37,389 nt of DNA from a virus (lineage: Duplodnaviria; Caudoviricetes), in IMG/VR virus record IMGVR_UViG_3300010362_000054, positions 1 to 37,389 of that record; one strand, given 5' to 3'. The position numbers and the translations under genes are program-made. How positions within the stretch are numbered: position 1 is the stretch's first letter; the number at the start of each line of letters is the position of its first letter. The notes under the pieces are model-generated. The model was not told the origin of the DNA, ran no database searches, and saw only the letters and a list, made by a program, of their open reading frames with translations. This document shows, in pieces, positions 25,621 to 33,810 of this stretch.

Positions 25621-26692
25621 GGCAGAAATCTCCGGACTGCCCACCGTGCTATGGGCGCGCGAGAAGGGCTGGCTCACCGTTCAGGATCCGGTCGATGGCA
25701 CCTGGTTCAAGATCCCGGCCAAGCAGGCACCGAGTGGATGGGCGCGATTGGCAAGCGAGGCCAAGAAACGGCTGCAGGCAAGTTCAGAAATTCCATTCCG
25801 CCGTTCTGCCCTATATAGGCAAGAACAGCAGAACAGCATTTTGGCGGCGCCCCCCGAGCCCTCAGAAATTCCGTTCTGCGATTCTGCCCTATATAGGCAA
25901 GAACAGCAGAACAGCATTTCTGAGCCGCCCGCCGAGGTACGCGTGGAGCACTGGAGCGCGTCACGCTACATGCTCTTCGACCAGTGCCCGGCGCTGTTCA
26001 AGGAGCGTTATCTCGATGGCGTCGCGCTCGAGCCGACCGAGGCGATGTGCTTCGGGCAAGCCGTCCACCAGGGGCTCGAGGCCCATTACCGCGGCCAGGA
26101 TGGCGAGCACGCGTTTCGAATCTCCTGGAAAGGCTTTTCAGAACAGCTTGGCGGCAAGGTCGGCAAACGACTGACCGGCGTCGGGCTCGAGCTGCTCAAC
26201 AAGGTGTTTGACCTCGACCTCCGCGGCGACCCTGAGCGGGCGTTTCGCATCGACACCTGCTCCGACATCGGCGCTGATGTCGTCGGGGCGATGGACCTGT
26301 GGGACGCCAAAGGCAACGTCATCTATGACTTCAAGACGACGCGCGGGCTGTGGTCGCAGGATCGCGCACAGACCGAGGTGTGGCAGCCCTTCCTCTACAC
26401 CTGGGCGGCGTGGGATGAGGTCGGCGACTGGCCCGCGTTCGAGTACATCGTGTTGAACAGAAACACCGGCCAACTCGATCGCTTCCGGCGCGAGTGGACC
26501 GCCGACTCGTGGCTCGAGCAGATGAACACGTTGTGGGTCAGGATGCACGCGATCGCGTGCGATGTGTTCGACGGCAACCTCAGGTGTAGCGGCAAGCACG
26601 GCGCCTGCCTCGAGTGCGGCGAACGATGGGGTCACGAGCACGAATGTGATCCCGAGACGCAGCACCGCCTACGTGTTGGCGGGCGCCTGTGA
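25607..26692 (+). CDS. PD-(D/E)XK exonuclease (Cas4/RecB/AddB-like) with N-terminal extension
   Basis: WSASRY..FDQCP, FGQAVHQGLE, PERAF, GAMDL, IYDFKT, WQPFLY, C-terminal Cys cluster C...CLEC...C. Confidence 0.85.
   Translation: MTVTEAEISGLPTVLWAREKGWLTVQDPVDGTWFKIPAKQAPSGWARLASEAKKRLQASSEIPFRRSALYRQEQQNSILAAPPEPSEIPFCDSALYRQEQQNSISEPPAEVRVEHWSASRYMLFDQCPALFKERYLDGVALEPTEAMCFGQAVHQGLEAHYRGQDGEHAFRISWKGFSEQLGGKVGKRLTGVGLELLNKVFDLDLRGDPERAFRIDTCSDIGADVVGAMDLWDAKGNVIYDFKTTRGLWSQDRAQTEVWQPFLYTWAAWDEVGDWPAFEYIVLNRNTGQLDRFRREWTADSWLEQMNTLWVRMHAIACDVFDGNLRCSGKHGACLECGERWGHEHECDPETQHRLRVGGRL
25784..25919. repeat. Two 58-bp direct repeats (78-bp period), each with a CCTATATAGG palindrome; putative replication origin
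   Basis: TCAGAAATTCC(A/G)TTC...TTCTGCCCTATATAGGCAAGAACAGCAGAACAGCATTT at 25784 and 25862; AT-rich relative to the genome; just downstream of the primase-helicase. Confidence 0.8.
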
Positions 26693-26886
26693 CATACGGC
26701 GACGAGCGCCTGACCAAGCTCGCACGGCAAATGGTTTATCTCGAGTGGCGGGCCAAGTTTGCCGAAGCCGCGGGCGACCAAGAGCAGGTGCTCGAGTTCT
26801 GGCAGACGCGCGAATGGGTGCAACATCGACGCTCGGTGCTGCTTCGCGAGGCGTGGGCCAAACGCAGGGAGGGAGCGCACGCGTGA
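26689..26886 (+). CDS. Hypothetical protein (65 aa)
   Basis: GTGA overlaps on both sides; helical. Confidence 0.6.
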   Translation: MTYGDERLTKLARQMVYLEWRAKFAEAAGDQEQVLEFWQTREWVQHRRSVLLREAWAKRREGAHA

Positions 26887-27275
26887 CCCATCCATCACCA
26901 GTGCCCATCCATCCGCGGTGCAAGGCCCACAACGTCGACGGCTCCCCGTGTGGCGCGTATCCCATCCGCGGCGGGACGGTGTGCGGTATGCACGGTGGAC
27001 GCGCCAAGCACGTTCGAGCCGCCGCCGAGGCCCGCATCGCCGCAATGGTCGATCCAGCCCTCGGCGAGCTCCACCGCCTGATTCGGCACGCTGACACCGA
27101 CGGCGTCAAGCTGGCGGCGATCAAGGATGTGCTCGACCGGGCCGGTCTGAAGGCGACCGTGACGGTCCAGAGCGACCAGCAAATCACCATCCGCGTGATC
27201 GACGAGCCGCAGCCGATCGTGCTCGAGCAGATCCATCGTCTCAATGGCTATCCAGACGGGCGAACGGACAGTTAG
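26883..27275 (+). CDS. terS: Terminase small subunit (HGG-type Zn-binding N-terminus)
   Basis: GTG 26883 with GGAGGGAG RBS. RCKAH...G.PC...VCGMHGG, then KLAAIKDVLDRAG; directly upstream of TerL. Confidence 0.75.
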   Translation: MTHPSPVPIHPRCKAHNVDGSPCGAYPIRGGTVCGMHGGRAKHVRAAAEARIAAMVDPALGELHRLIRHADTDGVKLAAIKDVLDRAGLKATVTVQSDQQITIRVIDEPQPIVLEQIHRLNGYPDGRTDS

Positions 27276-28512
27276 GCTCGCTGCGCCACACCCGGCGCAG
27301 GCGCAGATACTCGCCGAGGCGCGCCGCTTCAACGTGGTCGCGCTCGGCCGGCGCGCCGGCAAGAGCAAGCTTGCGCAGCGTCTGCTGGTGCGCTGCGCTC
27401 TCGGGCAGCGCCCCGCGGCGTACTTCGCGCCCACCTACAAGTTGCTCGAGGAAGCGTGGCGCGAGCTGAAGGCGGTGGTCGCCGAGGTGATCATCGACAA
27501 GAGCGAGCAGGAGCACCGCCTGCAGCTCTATGGCGGCGGGGTCATCGAATGTTGGAGTACCGACACCGGAGATCCTGCGCGCGGGCGGCGCTACGCGTTG
27601 GCTGTAGTGGACGAAGCCGCCATGATCCCGCACTTGGCGGATGTGTGGGGGCAGGCGATCCGCCCGACGCTGACAGACTTCCGCGGCGACGGTTGGTTCA
27701 TGTCCACTCCCCGCGGGCTCAACGATTTCTACGTGCTCTTCGAACGCGGTCAGGACCCGCTTGAGCAGGACTGGCGCGCGTGGCAGATGCCGACCAGCGT
27801 TAACCCGTACATCAGCGCCGCGGAGATCGAGGCCGCGCGGCACGAACTGCCAGAGCGCGTATTCGCGCAGGAGTACCTGGCACAGTTTTTGTCGATCGAA
27901 GGAGCCGGCGTGTTCCGCGGCGTGCGCGCCGTCTCGAGGCTCCAGCCGAAGGGACCCCAAAAGGGCCACCGGTACTGCTTCGGCGTGGATTGGGGGCGCA
28001 GCGAGGACTTCACCGTCGTCTGCATCTTGGACATCACCGTGTTCGAGCAGGCTGCGCTCGATCGGTTCACGGATATCAGCTTCGAGGTACAGACTGATCG
28101 GCTCCACGCGTGGGCAGCGCAATACCACCCAGTTCAGATCATCGCGGAGCGCAACAGCATGGGCGGACCGCTGGTGGAGCGCTTGCAACGTGGGTACGGG
28201 CGCCTACTCGACAAGCCACAGCCACCGTTGCCCGTCTACGGATGGGACAACACCAACGCGAGCAAGGCCGCAGCGATCGAGAAGCTCGCACTGTCGATCG
28301 AAAGAGGCGAGCTCACGCTGCTCGCCGACCAGGTCCAGCAAGCCGAGCTGCTCGTGTTCGAGAGCACCACCACCGCGACGGGCATGATCCGGTATGCCGC
28401 GCCAGCCGGCATGCATGACGACACGGTCATCGCGCTGGCATTGGCCAACCTCGGCGCGGTGGTGGACCCGGCGCCCGCGCGCTCGAGCTACGCGTTCGCG
28501 AGTCGGCGTTGA
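27244..28512 (+). CDS. terL: Terminase large subunit
   Basis: PHPAQ, Walker A GRRAGKS, Walker B VVDEAA, STPRG, FAQEY, RNase-H-like GVDWG...D, HDDTVIA. Confidence 0.95.
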   Translation: MAIQTGERTVRLAAPHPAQAQILAEARRFNVVALGRRAGKSKLAQRLLVRCALGQRPAAYFAPTYKLLEEAWRELKAVVAEVIIDKSEQEHRLQLYGGGVIECWSTDTGDPARGRRYALAVVDEAAMIPHLADVWGQAIRPTLTDFRGDGWFMSTPRGLNDFYVLFERGQDPLEQDWRAWQMPTSVNPYISAAEIEAARHELPERVFAQEYLAQFLSIEGAGVFRGVRAVSRLQPKGPQKGHRYCFGVDWGRSEDFTVVCILDITVFEQAALDRFTDISFEVQTDRLHAWAAQYHPVQIIAERNSMGGPLVERLQRGYGRLLDKPQPPLPVYGWDNTNASKAAAIEKLALSIERGELTLLADQVQQAELLVFESTTTATGMIRYAAPAGMHDDTVIALALANLGAVVDPAPARSSYAFASRR

Positions 28513-28525
28513 AAGGAGATGGCAG

Positions 28526-29344
28526 ATGGGAGATACGACCAGGATTTTCTGGACCGATCACACGTTCAACAGCCACGTTGGGTGCCTCGAAGTGTCGGAG
28601 GAGTGCGACCACTGCTACGCGCGCGTGCTCGCCGAACGGTGGGCGAAAACATACGGAGAGGTGTGGGGTCCGCCACGATCGACCGACCGGCACGTCACCA
28701 GCGACGCGAACTGGCGCAAACCGATCATCTGGAACCGCAAGGCGCAGCACAACGAGCAGCACTGGACGAAGAGCTGGCGCGCCTCGGTACGCGGCGGCCA
28801 GCGGCGCCTCGTGTTCTGCAATTCGATGTCGGACCTGTTCGAGTTCCACCCGCAACTGGAGCTCGTGCGCGAACGCTTGTGGAAGCTGATTGAGGCGACA
28901 CCGTGGCTCGACTGGCAACTGCTCACGAAGCGACCCATGAACATCGCGCGCATGTATCCGCGGCGCTGGCTCGAGCATCCTCCGTCAAATGTGTGGCTCG
29001 GCACAAGCGTGGGCCTACAGAAGTGGGCGCCGATTCGGATACCGGCGCTGCTCGAGGTGCCAGCGGTGGTGCACTTCATCAGCGCGGAACCTCTGCTCGG
29101 TCCGCTGGATTTCACGCCATGGCTCCCGCGCGTGAACTGGATCATCACCGGTGGCGAGAGCGGGCCCGGACATCGACCGTTCGATATCGCCTGGGTGCGC
29201 CAGATTGATCAGCAGTGCCAGCGCTACGGGGTGGCGCACTTCTTTAAGCAGGTGGGTGGCCGCACGCCCGAATCTGGTGGGTGCAAGCTGGATGGACTCG
29301 AGGTGAAGGAATTCCCGATCCCGCGGCTGGAACGCGTGGCGTGA
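28526..29344 (+). CDS. DUF5131 / phage Gp37-Gp68 family protein (radical-SAM-like)
   Basis: Start ATG 28526. WTDHTFN, GCLEVSEECDHCYA, VFCNSMSDLF, LLTKRP, NVWLGTSV, FISAEPLL, WIITGGESG, FFKQVGG. Confidence 0.9.
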   Translation: MGDTTRIFWTDHTFNSHVGCLEVSEECDHCYARVLAERWAKTYGEVWGPPRSTDRHVTSDANWRKPIIWNRKAQHNEQHWTKSWRASVRGGQRRLVFCNSMSDLFEFHPQLELVRERLWKLIEATPWLDWQLLTKRPMNIARMYPRRWLEHPPSNVWLGTSVGLQKWAPIRIPALLEVPAVVHFISAEPLLGPLDFTPWLPRVNWIITGGESGPGHRPFDIAWVRQIDQQCQRYGVAHFFKQVGGRTPESGGCKLDGLEVKEFPIPRLERVA

Positions 29345-29448
29345 TGGAGTGGTGGATGTGGGCGGCCGTCGGGTGGCTCATCGCTGGTGTGTGCGTGACC
29401 ATTGGACTGTGCCGATGGTTCAAGTGGCTACGCGGTGACTTCGATTGA
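29344..29448 (+). CDS. Small membrane peptide (34 aa)
   Basis: Not in the track. MEWWMWAAVGWLIAGVCVTIGLCRWFKWLRGDFD, TGATG-coupled to the DUF5131 stop. Confidence 0.55.
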   Translation: MEWWMWAAVGWLIAGVCVTIGLCRWFKWLRGDFD

Positions 29449-30211
29449 TATTGGCTTCCGCATCCGTGTTACGCGTGCGTATCACACGAGCAATGTCGAA
29501 GAGCAACGCCAGCTCGCGCTCGAGTCTCCTGGAGCGTTTCTTCAGGTGGCCACCGATATCGGTGTTGAGATGCGTCAATCGACGCGCCTGTGGCTCGCTG
29601 AGCGCGCTGCCGAGTTGGCGGAGCTCGTGCTGTGCCGCGATCCAGAGTGCTATGGCTTGCAGCCGCAGATCATCGGCGGGCCGCACGCGCATGAGTACAC
29701 CGTTGATAAGCGGGACAAGGGCTGCGTTCCGTGGCGTGGTCCGGTGCCCAAGCCCACTCCACCACCAGCGCGGCCCAAGCCGTCTCCCTCGCCCGAGCCG
29801 TCACCACCACCACCTGTCGTTGAGCGCCGACGCTGCCGCGACTGCGGCGACTTCGTTAGCTCCCCGCGAGATTTCATCAATGCTCATTACGTCCGGTGCG
29901 CACGGTGTCGCCGAGCCTACGCCGAGGCCGCGGAGCTGCGAGCACAAGAGCCGATCGTCTATCGCTGTCTGTGTTGCGGTCGGGAGATGGACGAACCAGT
30001 ATCGGTCTGTCAGGGGTGCAAGGAGTCAGATCGTTACCGTGAGCCAGCTCCCGACACGCCGGGGCTGCACCGAGACGGGGGAGGCTGGCCGCATATCGTG
30101 TTCCACACCAACGCCCGCGGTGAGAGCGTCGTAGGCGGTCGCGTCTTGCCCCATAGCCGCTACGGCGAGTCGGTGTGGGATCGCTTCGGCGACACGCCGG
30201 AGGAGGAATGA
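29435..30211 (+). CDS. Hypothetical Zn-ribbon protein with Pro-rich linker
   Basis: Likely GTG 29435 start; four CxxC pairs (CRDC, CARC, CLCC, CQGC) plus C...C...H...C. Confidence 0.6.
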   Translation: MTSIDIGFRIRVTRAYHTSNVEEQRQLALESPGAFLQVATDIGVEMRQSTRLWLAERAAELAELVLCRDPECYGLQPQIIGGPHAHEYTVDKRDKGCVPWRGPVPKPTPPPARPKPSPSPEPSPPPPVVERRRCRDCGDFVSSPRDFINAHYVRCARCRRAYAEAAELRAQEPIVYRCLCCGREMDEPVSVCQGCKESDRYREPAPDTPGLHRDGGGWPHIVFHTNARGESVVGGRVLPHSRYGESVWDRFGDTPEEE

Positions 30212-30834
30212 CCCACCCGCTGCCGCGCTGGTTGCAGGCGTACACCGCGGCGCCAGCGCGCGCGCCTCAGAAAGCGCCGCCTGAGAGCATGCAGCCGGTC
30301 GAGCGGTGGGCGATCCCGCAGGAGCTGCGCAACCATGACGCCTGGGCAGCATGGCGCTACTCGTACGACCTCGAGCGCTGGAGCAAGCCGCCGTACCGTC
30401 CCGACGGCGAGCGCGCCGAGGCCTCGGACGCGAGCACCTGGTCGAGCTTCGATGATGCCTACCGCGTCTACCAGGATCGCCTGATGCCGCCCGCAGGTGG
30501 GCGTCCGTACGACGGCGTGAGCTTCGCGCTCGATCCGCGGTGGGGCATCGTGGGCGTCGATCTTGACCACGTCAGCGAGCACCGGCGCGACGCGGACGCG
30601 ATCGTCTGTGCACTTGGCAGTTACACGGAGTATTCTCCCTCTCGAGATGGCTATCGCATCTTCCTCAAGGGGAGCCTGCCCGAGGGCCGGCGCCGCCGCG
30701 GGTGGGTTGAGATGTATAGCCAGCGTCGGTTCCTGACCGTCACCGGCCACAAGCTCCCCGAGTCGCCGGCGCACCTCGCCAGCTCCCACAACCTGTACGC
30801 GGTGTGGGACCGCTGGCTGAACCGTGGCGAGTGA
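30208..30834 (+). CDS. Stand-alone NrS-1-polymerase-like primase (AEP) domain
   Basis: ATG 30208 with GGAGG RBS. IPQELR..DAW..W, KPPY, STWSSF, DGVSF, GVDLDH, YTEYSPSRDGYRIF, EMY...RFLTVTG; no helicase attached. Confidence 0.8.
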   Translation: MTHPLPRWLQAYTAAPARAPQKAPPESMQPVERWAIPQELRNHDAWAAWRYSYDLERWSKPPYRPDGERAEASDASTWSSFDDAYRVYQDRLMPPAGGRPYDGVSFALDPRWGIVGVDLDHVSEHRRDADAIVCALGSYTEYSPSRDGYRIFLKGSLPEGRRRRGWVEMYSQRRFLTVTGHKLPESPAHLASSHNLYAVWDRWLNRGE

Positions 30835-30979
30835 GCGCTGCCAGCAATGCGGCTGCACGCGCGAATGGGAGACGTGGTGCCCGCTTTGCCAACGCTTGCT
30901 GTGCCACGCGCATGACGAGCTGACCCCGGTACGCAGGCACGATTGCCTCGCCGGTCCCGCGGATCGCGACGATGGCTAG
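30824..30979 (+). CDS. AN1-like zinc-finger miniprotein (51 aa)
   Basis: Not in the track. MASERCQQCGCTREWETWCPLCQRLLCHAHDELTPVRRHDCLAGPADRDDG = C-x2-C-x9-C-x2-C-x4-C-x2-H-x8-H-x-C. Confidence 0.65.
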   Translation: MASERCQQCGCTREWETWCPLCQRLLCHAHDELTPVRRHDCLAGPADRDDG

Positions 30980-31119
30980 GGGTAACAGCGCTGCATGGCG
31001 CAGTACAGGCCGGACCAGCCAAATGGAAGGCCCAGGGCGGCGATGAAGTCCAGGAGCACCACGCCGACAAAAATCCAGCCGACGAGTGCCCAAAAGCCAT
31101 TCCAGATACGAGTCGCCAT
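30976..31119 (-). CDS. Antisense small membrane protein (47 aa)
   Basis: Not in the track. MATRIWNGFWALVGWIFVGVVLLDFIAALGLPFGWSGLYCAMQRCYP exactly fills the gap between the Zn-finger stop and the portal RBS. Confidence 0.55.
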   Translation of the reverse strand: MATRIWNGFWALVGWIFVGVVLLDFIAALGLPFGWSGLYCAMQRCYP

Positions 31120-31139
31120 CTCGCGGGGGAGTGTAGTGG

Positions 31140-33113
31140 GTGGCAGCTGATAACGGCGAATACACCGATCGCGAGGCCGAATCGCTCAAGGCGCCGACGA
31201 GCCACTACGTGCAGGCGCTGCGCACCGAGCTCGGCGATCTGTACAAGCAGCAGGACGACGACATCGACAACATGCGCGCGCAGCGCGAGATGCAGACGCC
31301 CGCGCTCGCCGATGCCGACAGCCGGTTTGTGCTGGTGAACGTCGATCCGCGCGACCCGGACGTGACTGAAGAGGCGTTCCAGCAGATGGCGATGCTCACG
31401 TTGGACCGCCCGAAGATCAGCATCAAGGGCGGCGAGGGCGACACTGCGCAGACGCTGGCCACTGACCGCGAGCACTGGACCGAGGAGGTCCTCTGGCGCT
31501 GCGGCACACGCGAGCCGGGCTCGGACACGATGTCGCAGACCACCGACGCGTGCCTGAACGATGGCGGTGGCTGGAGCAAGATTCTGTGGCAGCGCGACTT
31601 ATGGGACGCGCGGTACTCCCTGCCGGCGCCGAAGTCCTCGGACTCGTATGACGCCTACCACACCTACGACAAGGCCACCGAGGACGCCAAGAAGCAGGCC
31701 GGCCCGCCGTTTGCCTGGTGCTACGTAGACCCGCGCGCCGTCTATCCCCAATGGTCCGGTGGGCGGCTGTGCGAGGTCCTCGAGGTAACCGAGCGCCCAC
31801 AGCGTTCGACGTTCCGTCGGTACCGCCTTGCGCGCGACTCGGGCGGGAACATCGTGCCCGAGGAGCTCGGGCAGGGCATGAACGAGATGGAGGCCCGCCG
31901 CCAAGTGCTGAGCACGGTCGAGCTGCTCGAGCATTGGGATGACGAGTGGGTCAGTTACGTGGTCGCCGGCTACAACTACGACGGCAGCCCGACGGGCATG
32001 ATCGTCAAGCAGTTCCGTCACGGCTATCCGTTCGGCGTGCCGTACGACTACGCGCCCGGCTTGAGCATGAACTACTGGAAGAATCGCAAGGTCGGGTGGG
32101 GCATCGGCCGCACCAAGCTGTGGCTGGTGCGCTATCGCCAATACCTGCGCGCGATGCACGCGCAGTATGTCGCCAGGGATCTCCTGTCGCCACTGGTGAC
32201 CTACGGCGACACGCCCGCGACGCAGACGATTGGGAACGACGGACTACCGCGCGAGCAGGACACCACCATCCACCCGGGCGAGATTCTGAACCTGCCCGCG
32301 GGCCGCCAGCTGCAGCGCATCCAGTACATGGGCCCCGAAACCCTTGAGAAGCACATGGCGCTAATCGACAACGCCATCCGCGACCTCGAGAGTCCGCGCG
32401 TGACCACTCTGTCAGGAATGGAAGGCGCAGGGTTCGCCATCAGCCAGATCCTTTCTTACACGCGCACGCGCGTGGGACCCGTCCGCCACGGCCTCGAGCG
32501 CATGCTGCGCGGTCAGACCGAGAAGCTGTGGGCGCTGGTCGCTGACAAGGCCCAGGAAAAGGTGTGGGTCTTCTACTCGGGTGATGACAACAACCCATCG
32601 GGTTACCTCGGGCTCGGGCCATCGGACTTCGAGAAACCGATGCAAGTCGATTGGGAAGTGCAGGCCACGCTGCCGACCGACGAGATGATCATGGCGCGCT
32701 TCGCGCACGAGCGCCTCGCCGCGGGCACCTGGGGCAAGGACGAGGCGGTCGAGTACCTCGGCGACAACCCCGACGAGATCCGGCGTTCGATTGCGCGCGA
32801 TCGCATCCGCGCCAGTCCGCAGTACCAGCAGTGGCTCGATGCGCAGGTGTTCATGCTGGCTGGCCGCGGCGACATGCTGGCCAAGGCCGGCGAGGCCGAG
32901 AATCTCGCGCAGCAGGGCAACCTGCCAGGCATGGCGCCAGCCGGTCCACCCGGCGCGCAGCCACAGCCGGGCGTCTTCGAGGGCGGTGGGCCAGGCATGG
33001 GCGGCGTGCCCGACCTCGGCGCACTGGCGGCGGCACCCAATGGCGCCGGCGTGGGCCCGCCCGCCTACCCCGCGGTGGTGCAGGGCGCACAGATGCCAGG
33101 AGGAATGCCGTGA
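31140..33113 (+). CDS. Portal protein (putative)
   Basis: 657 aa, GGGGAG RBS, large gene downstream of TerL. DACLNDGGGWSKI, YVDPRAVYP, HGYPFGVPY and HPGEILNL resemble podovirus portals; Gly/Pro-rich C-terminus. Confidence 0.8.
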   Translation: MAADNGEYTDREAESLKAPTSHYVQALRTELGDLYKQQDDDIDNMRAQREMQTPALADADSRFVLVNVDPRDPDVTEEAFQQMAMLTLDRPKISIKGGEGDTAQTLATDREHWTEEVLWRCGTREPGSDTMSQTTDACLNDGGGWSKILWQRDLWDARYSLPAPKSSDSYDAYHTYDKATEDAKKQAGPPFAWCYVDPRAVYPQWSGGRLCEVLEVTERPQRSTFRRYRLARDSGGNIVPEELGQGMNEMEARRQVLSTVELLEHWDDEWVSYVVAGYNYDGSPTGMIVKQFRHGYPFGVPYDYAPGLSMNYWKNRKVGWGIGRTKLWLVRYRQYLRAMHAQYVARDLLSPLVTYGDTPATQTIGNDGLPREQDTTIHPGEILNLPAGRQLQRIQYMGPETLEKHMALIDNAIRDLESPRVTTLSGMEGAGFAISQILSYTRTRVGPVRHGLERMLRGQTEKLWALVADKAQEKVWVFYSGDDNNPSGYLGLGPSDFEKPMQVDWEVQATLPTDEMIMARFAHERLAAGTWGKDEAVEYLGDNPDEIRRSIARDRIRASPQYQQWLDAQVFMLAGRGDMLAKAGEAENLAQQGNLPGMAPAGPPGAQPQPGVFEGGGPGMGGVPDLGALAAAPNGAGVGPPAYPAVVQGAQMPGGMP

Positions 33114-33205
33114 GGCGCTACACGATCAGGGAATGGATCTTGTGGAACGCGTGGTGGCATGGCTGCGAGCGCTGGACGCGGTTCCCGCGGAGGCTATGGG
33201 CGTGA
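33110..33205 (+). CDS. Possible Trp/Arg-rich peptide (31 aa)
   Basis: MRRYTIREWILWNAWWHGCERWTRFPRRLWA; GTGA overlaps at both ends and AGGAGG upstream. Alternatively the next ORF starts at ATG 33133. Confidence 0.4.
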   Translation: MRRYTIREWILWNAWWHGCERWTRFPRRLWA

Positions 33206-33366
33206 CTGAGCAGAACACTGCCGAGCCGCGGCACGACCTCGGCGAGTTGGTGGCGCAGATGGAGTCGATGCTGGTCCGTATCGGGCAGCTCGAGCAGGAA
33301 GTGCGCGACCTGCAACACAAGCTCGAACTGGCGCAGGGCGGCGTGATCACCACCTTTCCGGGCTGA
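33202..33366 (+). CDS. Small coiled-coil protein (54 aa)
   Basis: GGAGG 8 nt before GTG 33202; LVAQMESMLVRIGQLEQEVRDLQHKLE heptads. Confidence 0.55.
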   Translation: MTEQNTAEPRHDLGELVAQMESMLVRIGQLEQEVRDLQHKLELAQGGVITTFPG

Positions 33367-33809
33367 TGGCGACGTACAACGACCAGGGGCCGAACGGACA
33401 AGTTCAGCGATTGCAGGACGAGATCACGCGCGAGGTGAACGCTGACGCGCAGCACATCGCCACGTCGGTGTTCGGCAAGAAGGGCAACATGCCCGACATG
33501 GCGCGCATGAGCGACGAGCAGCTCGACGCGCGCTACCGCACCGCGTACATGAACCAGGATCGCCAGTGGCTGACGCAGGAGGCGCAGCGTGATCCCGAGC
33601 AGTTCGTCACCATCGCGCGGCGCATTGGCGTGCAGCTCCCCGAAGAGATTCCTCCAGTACCACAGCCGCCTCCTGTGGCCGCGCCGCCTCTCCCTCCCGG
33701 GCCTCCGCCGGCGCCGGCCGTGGCTCCTCTAGCGCCGGGCATGACTCTCGGCGCGGTGGCGCAACCTGCACAGCCGGTGCCACTCACCGCGCCACCAGTG
33801 ACGGTCTGA
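33366..33809 (+). CDS. Hypothetical protein with Pro-rich tail (possible virion internal protein)
   Basis: 147 aa, between the portal and the giant ejection gene. Confidence 0.65.
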   Translation: MATYNDQGPNGQVQRLQDEITREVNADAQHIATSVFGKKGNMPDMARMSDEQLDARYRTAYMNQDRQWLTQEAQRDPEQFVTIARRIGVQLPEEIPPVPQPPPVAAPPLPPGPPPAPAVAPLAPGMTLGAVAQPAQPVPLTAPPVTV

Positions 33810-33810
33810 C

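Noticed and set aside
23761-25677. 638-aa minus-strand ORF, and similar long antisense ORFs (33784..35322, 35860..37017, 2529..3566, 11524..12594)
   Set aside because: Shadow ORFs of high-GC coding genes on the opposite strand; Arg/Ala-rich and without recognisable motifs.
25784-25919. Mini CRISPR array next to a Cas4-like gene
   Set aside because: Only two 58-bp units with a 20-bp spacer, in frame within a CDS, and no cas1/cas2 or effector genes. The nuclease fits a common phage PD-(D/E)XK exonuclease.
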